42,842 bases of DNA from Bacteroidales bacterium (lineage in GTDB: Bacteria > Bacteroidota > Bacteroidia > Bacteroidales > NBLH01): assembly GCA_021647685.1 (NCBI GenBank), contig JAKIUH010000002.1, positions 1 to 42,842 of the forward strand, given 5' to 3'. Below, piece by piece: positions 10,013 to 16,793 of the stretch. The position numbers were made by a program, and so were the translations under genes. Positions within the stretch are counted from its first letter, which is position 1, and each line of letters starts with the position of its first letter. The notes beneath the pieces were generated by a model. It was not told the origin of the DNA. It saw only the letters and a list, made by a program, of their open reading frames with translations, and searched no databases.

Positions 10013-10028
10013 TAAATTTGTATTTTTG
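10013..10028 (+). promoter_or_regulatory. two adjacent TAnnTTTG -7 box candidates upstream of the 7TM-DISM gene
   Basis: taaatttg (10013-10020) and tatttttg (10021-10028), 19-27 bp upstream of the ATG at 10048. Confidence 0.35.
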
Positions 10029-10047
10029 TATTTGACAAAATGCTTCT

Positions 10048-12315
10048 ATGCGCTTAACTAAACGACCTATAATTCATCTTATTATTGCTTTTGCTTTTTT
10101 GTTGCAAAATATAAACTCTTTTGCTCAAGAAATAAAAATTTTCGTACTTAACGATACCGGTAAAGTAAGTTCTCTTAACGATTATCTTCAAATTTTAAAG
10201 GATAGCAGTAAAACACTACGTTTAAGCGATATCGTTTTAAATAAGGACTTTACTGATTTCAGTTTAAGTAAAAAACTTGATAAAAATAGTGTATATTGGG
10301 CAAAACTGATAATCAAAAATAACAGAGCCAAAACCCAAAATATATTATTACAAATAGGAGCTAAAAGACATTCAGATATTGCTGATTTATTTTTGCTTGA
10401 TGACAGTGGAAATATTTTAAATAAACTAAAAAGTGGTCATTTTATTCCTAAATCACAAAAAAATGTAAAAAATGAATTAGGAAGCAAATTTTTGTTAAAT
10501 TTAGAACCTGATAAAAATTATACTATTTATTTACGTATCCAAAACATTTCAGGTTTTTCACCTGCATTTAATGTACATATAATCCCACAAGATTTATTTT
10601 ATGAGAATTTATTGAGTAGAAACTTAATTCAGGGAATATTACAAGGCATTCTATGGATTATGTTCTTATACAATTTACTGATTTTTGTATATAGTCGTGA
10701 TAAAATATACCTGTGGTACTCGTTGTACATTGTAGGTATAGCACTTAATTTTTTAACCGAACGCGGTTTATTTATTGAATATATTATTCCGGAAAATCCG
10801 CAAATAAATCCATATGTATTTATTCTGGTAACAGGTTTGGCATCTGTTGGGTATTTTCAGTTTTTGCGTTTGTTTTTAAATACGAAGGAAAAAATGCCTG
10901 CTTGGGACAAAGCCCACTTTACTGTAATTATCATAAATGTATTGATTACACTCGTGCTTTTGGCAGAACTCCGGACATTCTTTAATTTACCCTTTGCGAT
11001 TAATGTAAGTAATTATTTAAACCTTTTTGGATTAATCTATGGTTTGGTTTTTATTGTTTACCTGATGAAAAAAGGGGATGTACTGGCACGTTTTTTTATT
11101 ATAGGGACGATTTTATTGGCACTGGGAACAATAACAAGTTTAGTTTATCTGATTTTTAAAATACCACTGAATTTTGATCCCAAATATTTTATGAATGCAG
11201 GTACAATTGCAGAAATACTTACTTTTTCCTTAGGTTTGGGTTATCGAATTCGCCTAATTGAAAAATCCAAACAAAAGGTACAGGAAAAACTTATTAAACA
11301 GTTAGAAAAAAATGATAAACTTAAAGAAAAAGTAAATCGTGAACTGGAACAAAAAGTATTGGAGCGTACTGCTGAAATTGAACAACAAAAAGAAGAAATT
11401 CTTGCACAGTCAGAAAATTTGCAAGTTGCAAACAGAATTTTAATTCAGCAAAAGCGCGAAATAGAGCAAAAAAATGATGAAATTATTGCGCAAACTAAAA
11501 ATTTAGAGAAGGTATTTCAAGAAACCACCGATAGCATTAACTATGCCCGTAGGATTCAAAATACAATTTTACCTTCTACAAGTATTCTAGCCAACTACTT
11601 TGAAGATTATTTCATCCTTTTTAAACCCAAAGAAACAGTTAGTGGCGATTTTTATTGGTTTAAATATTTAACAAGAGGAAACAAGCAGTTTTTTGCTTTT
11701 GTTGCGGCTGATGCTACCGGACATGGGGTGCCCGGTGCATTGGTAAGTATGTTAGGCAATTCATTACTTAATGAAACCGTTGTTAAAAATGAAGTTCAAA
11801 AAGCAAGTGATGTACTTGAAGCTGTCAGGCAAGATGTAAAAACAGCTTTTCACCAATCGGCAGATCATATTGTTACCCGCGATGGTATTGATATGGCATT
11901 TTGTTTATTAGACCTGGACACTCTTGAATTACAGTATGCAGGTGCTAATCGTCCATTGCTGATTTTCAACCATTCAAATTGTAATGGAGATGATTTTATA
12001 GAATTAAAACCTGATAAAAATCCCATTGGGCTGCATCACAAAGAAAAACCATTTACCAATCATTTGATACAATTGGAAAAAGGCAATAAACTATATTTAT
12101 TTTCAGACGGTTACCCTGATCAAATTGGCGGTTCAGAAGGAAGAAAATTTTATATAAGGAGATTTAAAGAACTGCTTACAGAAATACACCAACTCCCCAT
12201 GCAAAAGCAATTTGAAATTCTTGAAGACAGATATGATGAATGGGTAAATGATATAAATTCTGCTAAAACCTACCGACAAGTTGATGATATTTTAGTAATG
12301 GGACTTACAATTTAG
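10048..12315 (+). CDS. 7TM-DISM receptor fused to PP2C/SpoIIE-type serine phosphatase
   Basis: Signal peptide, a ~170-aa extracellular domain (7TMR-DISMED2-like), seven hydrophobic helices (about residues 195-400) and a long coiled coil (KQKVQEKLIKQLEKNDKLKEKVNRELEQKV...). The C-terminal PPM/SpoIIE landmarks are ARRIQNTILP, SGDFYWF, DATGHGVPGA and DDILVMG. Confidence 0.8.
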   Translation: MRLTKRPIIHLIIAFAFLLQNINSFAQEIKIFVLNDTGKVSSLNDYLQILKDSSKTLRLSDIVLNKDFTDFSLSKKLDKNSVYWAKLIIKNNRAKTQNILLQIGAKRHSDIADLFLLDDSGNILNKLKSGHFIPKSQKNVKNELGSKFLLNLEPDKNYTIYLRIQNISGFSPAFNVHIIPQDLFYENLLSRNLIQGILQGILWIMFLYNLLIFVYSRDKIYLWYSLYIVGIALNFLTERGLFIEYIIPENPQINPYVFILVTGLASVGYFQFLRLFLNTKEKMPAWDKAHFTVIIINVLITLVLLAELRTFFNLPFAINVSNYLNLFGLIYGLVFIVYLMKKGDVLARFFIIGTILLALGTITSLVYLIFKIPLNFDPKYFMNAGTIAEILTFSLGLGYRIRLIEKSKQKVQEKLIKQLEKNDKLKEKVNRELEQKVLERTAEIEQQKEEILAQSENLQVANRILIQQKREIEQKNDEIIAQTKNLEKVFQETTDSINYARRIQNTILPSTSILANYFEDYFILFKPKETVSGDFYWFKYLTRGNKQFFAFVAADATGHGVPGALVSMLGNSLLNETVVKNEVQKASDVLEAVRQDVKTAFHQSADHIVTRDGIDMAFCLLDLDTLELQYAGANRPLLIFNHSNCNGDDFIELKPDKNPIGLHHKEKPFTNHLIQLEKGNKLYLFSDGYPDQIGGSEGRKFYIRRFKELLTEIHQLPMQKQFEILEDRYDEWVNDINSAKTYRQVDDILVMGLTI

Positions 12316-12350
12316 TTGTAGATTCATCGTTTGTTTTTATGTTAATTTTA

Positions 12351-12358
12351 TAATTTTG
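12351..12358 (+). promoter_or_regulatory. TAnnTTTG -7 box upstream of the first mini-barrel gene
   Basis: taattttg lies 28 bp upstream of the ATG at 12387. A TTTG at 12330-12333 lies 17 bp further upstream. Confidence 0.4.
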
Positions 12359-12386
12359 CTCGCCATTTATATAAAACAGTAAAACG

Positions 12387-12830
12387 ATGAATAAAATAGT
12401 GTTAATATTAGCTGTACTTATCTTAAGTATTAGAGTGAATGCACAAGAACTTCATGCCACCGGTTACGAATTGGGTATTCGGCTGGGTAGTTGGGCCGGA
12501 CCAGGAGCCTCTGTGGATGGAGTATTGAAACTTGGACAAAACCGTATTCATGCTGATTTAGGACTTTTTGAAAACACTTTCACTATTGAAAGCTTTTATG
12601 ATTGGAGCTTCCCTATTGTCGAATACTTTTCTTTTTACCCCGGTGTAGGTGGAGGAATGGCTTTTACTGATGCAGGCTTTGTTTTGGGACTTGGCGGTGA
12701 ATTAGGATTTGAATATGCCTTTAAAATTCCTTTAACTATTGGTTTAGATTGGCGTCCTATGATACTACTTGTAAATGTCAATAATTTTGGATACAACTAT
12801 GGTGGATTAAATATAAGATATCGTTTTTAA
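12387..12830 (+). CDS. small outer-membrane beta-barrel protein (147 aa), paralog 1
   Basis: Signal peptide MNKIVLILAVLILSIRVNAQ, Gly/aromatic strands, and a C-terminal GLNIRYRF ending in Phe. Confidence 0.6.
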   Translation: MNKIVLILAVLILSIRVNAQELHATGYELGIRLGSWAGPGASVDGVLKLGQNRIHADLGLFENTFTIESFYDWSFPIVEYFSFYPGVGGGMAFTDAGFVLGLGGELGFEYAFKIPLTIGLDWRPMILLVNVNNFGYNYGGLNIRYRF

Positions 12831-12893
12831 CTCCACAGCATGATATTTTATCTTGTGTACAAATTTTTTATGTTAAATCTAAAAATAAAAATT

Positions 12894-13337
12894 ATGAAAA
12901 AATTATTATTTTCATTAGCAATTATTGCCTTTATATCAGTAAACATAAATGCTCAAAAAATAAAAACCGAAGGTTTAGAATTGGGTGTTCGTATTGGTGG
13001 CTATGGCGATGCCGGTGCTGCTGTAGATGTTACTTTTCCGATGTGGGGTAACCGTATTCATGGCGATCTTGGATTATACTCAAATGCTTTAGGCTTAGCA
13101 GCTTTTTACGATTGGAGTTTCCCTATTGCCGAAGGTTTTTCTTTTTATCCCGGTGTTGGTGCTGATATGATTATTGGTGATGTATTTGTACTTGGAATTG
13201 GTGGAGAACTTGGTTTTGAATATGCCTTTAAAATCCCTTTAACAATTGGTATGGATTGGCGACCTACCCTACGCTTAGTTGATGCCAATGGCTTTGGCTC
13301 TGATAGTTTTGGATTAAATATCAGATATAGATTTTAG
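12894..13337 (+). CDS. small outer-membrane beta-barrel protein (147 aa), paralog 2
   Basis: ORF 12840-13337. I prefer the ATG at 12894, which gives the signal peptide MKKLLFSLAIIAFISVNINAQ. Long identical blocks are shared with paralog 1 (FYDWSFPI, FSFYPGVG, GGELGFEYAFKIPLTIG, DWRP, GLNIRYRF). Confidence 0.6.
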   Translation: MKKLLFSLAIIAFISVNINAQKIKTEGLELGVRIGGYGDAGAAVDVTFPMWGNRIHGDLGLYSNALGLAAFYDWSFPIAEGFSFYPGVGADMIIGDVFVLGIGGELGFEYAFKIPLTIGMDWRPTLRLVDANGFGSDSFGLNIRYRF

Positions 13338-13353
13338 TCGAATACATTTAGTT

Positions 13354-13673
13354 GTTAAAAAAGCCATAGTAATGTTTGTTTATAAAGTTCGAATTCAAGG
13401 CGTGCGAAAAATACAAACCGCAGTATATTAAAGTATTCGAGGATTTGTATTTTTCGCAACAACGCAGAAATCGGACTTTAGAAACAAACTCATACTATTG
13501 TTACCGCAAGTGTGTTGCTTGGTACAACTTGAAACTATTTATATGTTTAGAAAGCTACAAAATTTTCAGGATAGTCACAGTTAGGATTAAAATTTTTAAC
13601 AAAGCTATAAGCAAAAAAGACCAATCCGGTATGAATAAAATTTGCTTGACACGACATTAGCGGCTTTTTTAAC
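13354..13673. repeat. compound palindromic intergenic element (two tandem long hairpins inside a perfect 12-bp inverted repeat)
   Basis: gttaaaaaagcc (13354-13365) and its exact reverse complement ggcttttttaac (13662-13673) bound the element. Hairpin 1 spans 13366-13498 and includes the perfect 14-bp pair gcgaaaaatacaaa / tttgtatttttcgc. The second half is a degenerate hairpin related to 34506-34671. Confidence 0.6.
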
Positions 13674-13693
13674 AAAAAATAAACTAAATTTTA

Positions 13694-14257
13694 TTATTCC
13701 TTATTTTCAAATTCAAGTTTCCAAACACCGCGTAAATCACCTTCTTTAAAATTAACAGCTAAATCATCTGGATATAAAGTTTGAATATGTTTGAACAATG
13801 TATCGGGAATTTCAGATTGTGGTTTACCGTGGCATATTAAACAAGCTTGTTGCAACCTAATTGGAGCGTAAAATACAATTTTATCTTTGTCTTTTTTTAT
13901 TTCAGGTTTTACTTTCTCACCTTTGAAAATTAGCTCTTCATATCTTTTAATAATTTCTAAATCCATGCCTATAGCTTTATTTTCAGGATTACGGTTTTTT
14001 AATGCTACACGACTAATTTTAACATCATAAAGTTTTGATAAACTATCGGTTAAAGGATAAGCGCTTAATCTACAAAAGTTTATTGCTTCAATTGGTCCCT
14101 TTTCCTTAATCGCCTTTTTGACATGTCCTGATAAAGTTTTTGCGGTACTTTGTGCAATTTCTTTTCCCTCATTTAAGTATTTTTCTTTGTCAAGTTTATG
14201 TTCTGAATTGCATGCAAAAACAAGTAATCCGATAAATAAAACAATAATTTTTTTCAT
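13694..14257 (-). CDS. DUF3365 (Tll0287-like) c-type heme lipoprotein
   Basis: Lipoprotein signal MKKIIVLFIGLLVFAC. Single CXXCH motif (CLICHG) followed by YPDDLAVNFKEGDLRGVWKLEF, the C-terminal pattern I associate with DUF3365 proteins. Confidence 0.65.
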   Translation of the reverse strand: MKKIIVLFIGLLVFACNSEHKLDKEKYLNEGKEIAQSTAKTLSGHVKKAIKEKGPIEAINFCRLSAYPLTDSLSKLYDVKISRVALKNRNPENKAIGMDLEIIKRYEELIFKGEKVKPEIKKDKDKIVFYAPIRLQQACLICHGKPQSEIPDTLFKHIQTLYPDDLAVNFKEGDLRGVWKLEFENKE

Positions 14258-14600
14258 AAGTTTATTTTTAAATTGTTTTTATTTATTCGCTATCGCTTAT
14301 GAAGGCTAAAGCCGTTGCCACATGACCCCAGAGGCTCAGCGAAGCTAAACATCCACGAACATCAATGGCTACACGTATTTAATCAGCTTAAATAATCATC
14401 TCCCGTCTGCTTGCCGGCGGATGGATATTTCATAATTATAAGCTTTCGTTTATTAAACTACGAATATATGAAAAAATTAATTGCAGTAGGATAAATTAAT
14501 TGTTTTGCTAACAATATTTATAAGTTAGCCTAAATCTGTAAGCCTTTTTATAATTGTAAGCAATACATGAATTTAGATTAACAGCTTTTGTTCTGAATGA

Positions 14601-14692
14601 GAATTGAGCTGAGCTATAAAAATAAAATTTACGAAGTAAAAATATGTGTAAATTCTATATGCAGATAAAAAAATCGCTTGTATTGTGCACCT
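14601..14692 (+). repeat. dispersed intergenic repeat, copy 1
   Basis: The core 14601-14654 matches the reverse complement of 25881-25934 at 45/54 positions without gaps (counted by eye). Further shared blocks gataaaaaa, ttgtat and gcacct extend the similarity to 14692. Confidence 0.5.
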
Positions 14693-14767
14693 TTGATGCT
14701 CAGCCGGACTCATTTTCAAATCCAATTAGTATAAAATTTTTAAATATACAGGTCAATAATTCTGAAA

Positions 14768-16588
14768 CTATTTAGCAATTTTTCCCCAACCTACTTTCGA
14801 CATATTCCGGTAAATAAAATAAGCTGCCGTAAGTGCAATTACCAAGAAAATAGTTCCTTCCAGATATTCTTTAAAAATAATTTTCCCAAAACCAAACAAG
14901 CTGAACATCACTAAAATACTCCCCAATGCCCAATTCATAAATAAAGCTCCATAACCCGAATCGCCCTTTACATCCGGTAAACGTTTTTGAACTGCCTTCC
15001 ACCCGATACCTCCGGGATGTACTTTCCGGTAAAATTCGTCTAATTTAGCATCATCTGTGGGTTTAGTAAGGAAAGTAACTACAATCCAGAATAATGAAGA
15101 CCAAGCAACAATAATGATTAGACTCAGTTCAAAATCTTTTGAGATAACATCTAAACCAAAACCGTAAGTTAAAACAGGATAGATTAAATAGGGAGCAATC
15201 ATTGCCGAAAGTTCACTCCAAGCATTAACGCGCCACCAAAACCAGCGTAAAAGCAATACTAAACCAATTCCGGCACTCATTGCCAAAATAAATTTCCATG
15301 CATCGCTAATCCTATCAAATTGAGTGGTTACAAGCAAAGAAAAAAGCATTAAAACAAAAGTAGTAATTCGTGAAACCTTAACATAATATTTTTCATTCGC
15401 ATCCTTTTTAATAAAGGGGCGAAATAAATCGTTAATAATATAGGATGTACCCCAAACTGTTTGCGAAGCAATAGTGGACATATAAGCCGCTAAAAATGCA
15501 GCCATTAACAAGCCCAACAGTCCGGCAGGCAATAAATCTTTAATCATCATAACATAAGTTGCTCCTTTATCTTGTGCATCGGGATACATCACCAAAGCGA
15601 CTAAGGCAACTAAGACCCATGGCCACGGGCGCAAAGCAAAATGTGCTACCTGAAACCAAAGTGTTGCCAGTAAAGAGTGTTTTTCATCTTTTGCCGACAT
15701 CATTCTTTGTGCAATATATCCGCCACCACCGGGTTCGGCTCCGGGATACCAACTTGCCCACCACTGAACTCCAAGATAAGCAACCAAAGCGGTTACACTC
15801 ATTTTCAGCAAACCTGTACCGCTTATCGCTTCTGCTGTGTTATCTCCTACTGTTGGAATAAAATCAAAAACCCATGAATTTGCCGACAACTGTTCTTTAA
15901 GTCCATCTATACCACCCACATGATCAACTGCAAATATTGCAAGCGCAATACTTCCGGTCATTGCCATTACAAACTGAAATGTATCGGTAATAGAAACACC
16001 CATTAAGCCGGATAATGACGAATAAATGGCAACAAAAACCATAAGCAGAGCAACAGCCATAAGGTGTGCACTAATTTCCAGACCTAAAAAATTAAAACCT
16101 GTAAAACCGAAAATTGTTAATTCAGGAAACATTACTTTAAGTATTTTTACCATTGCAAGATTAACCCAAGCCATAACCACCACATTCATAAAAATACCAA
16201 TATAAACCGCCCTTAAAACACTTAAAAAACGAGCTGCTTTACCCGAATAACGAATATCAACAAATTCGGCATCAGTTAAAATATTTGAACGACGCCACAA
16301 TCGGGCAAAAAAGAAAACGGTAAGCATTCCGCCAAAAAGCATATTCCACCAAAGCCAGTTACCGGCAATCCCTTTTTGTGCCACCAATTCGGTTACAGCC
16401 AGAGGAGTATCTGCTGCAAAAGTGGTTGCAACCATACTGGTTCCGGCAATGTACCAAGGTAAATTTCTTCCGCTTAGAAAAAAATCCCCAGTGCTTTTTC
16501 CGGCTTTTTTCGACATATAAATACTAATACCAATACTTACCAAAAAATAAAGCCCAATAATGAGCCAATCAACTGTTGCTAACGCCAT
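14768..16588 (-). CDS. sodium:solute symporter (SSF) family transporter
   Basis: 606 aa with ~13-14 hydrophobic helices. N-terminal region ...GDFFLSGRNLPWYIAGTSMVATTFAADTPLAVT... is typical of the SSF family. Confidence 0.85.
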   Translation of the reverse strand: MALATVDWLIIGLYFLVSIGISIYMSKKAGKSTGDFFLSGRNLPWYIAGTSMVATTFAADTPLAVTELVAQKGIAGNWLWWNMLFGGMLTVFFFARLWRRSNILTDAEFVDIRYSGKAARFLSVLRAVYIGIFMNVVVMAWVNLAMVKILKVMFPELTIFGFTGFNFLGLEISAHLMAVALLMVFVAIYSSLSGLMGVSITDTFQFVMAMTGSIALAIFAVDHVGGIDGLKEQLSANSWVFDFIPTVGDNTAEAISGTGLLKMSVTALVAYLGVQWWASWYPGAEPGGGGYIAQRMMSAKDEKHSLLATLWFQVAHFALRPWPWVLVALVALVMYPDAQDKGATYVMMIKDLLPAGLLGLLMAAFLAAYMSTIASQTVWGTSYIINDLFRPFIKKDANEKYYVKVSRITTFVLMLFSLLVTTQFDRISDAWKFILAMSAGIGLVLLLRWFWWRVNAWSELSAMIAPYLIYPVLTYGFGLDVISKDFELSLIIIVAWSSLFWIVVTFLTKPTDDAKLDEFYRKVHPGGIGWKAVQKRLPDVKGDSGYGALFMNWALGSILVMFSLFGFGKIIFKEYLEGTIFLVIALTAAYFIYRNMSKVGWGKIAK

Positions 16589-16652
16589 ATTAAGAATTTT
16601 AAAATTTACAATTCAGCTTTTAATTTCCGTAAAAATAGAACAAAATAAAAAA

Positions 16653-16747
16653 ATGCGGCTTCTGTCAGATTAAAAAAACCATGAAAACACTTAAATTCAT
16701 TAACCTAAAAAAATCAAACCTAAGAAATTTTTGACAGAAAGCCGCAT
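16653..16747 (-). other. long-looped hairpin followed by a U-run between nagB and the symporter gene
   Basis: atgcggcttctgtca (16653-16667) pairs with tgacagaaagccgcat (16732-16747), giving 15 bp with one bulged base and a 64-nt loop. On the minus strand the structure is followed by tttttttatttt. Confidence 0.4.
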
Positions 16748-16793
16748 AAATTAATAAGCATTTATTAACCCTGTTCATCGTTTATGAGATAAA

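Noticed and set aside
13376-13660. 94-aa ORF in the gap between the second mini-barrel gene and the c-heme lipoprotein gene.
   Set aside because: It lies entirely within the compound palindromic element. Its reading frame runs through both arms of long hairpins, and the peptide has no signal, motif or sensible composition.
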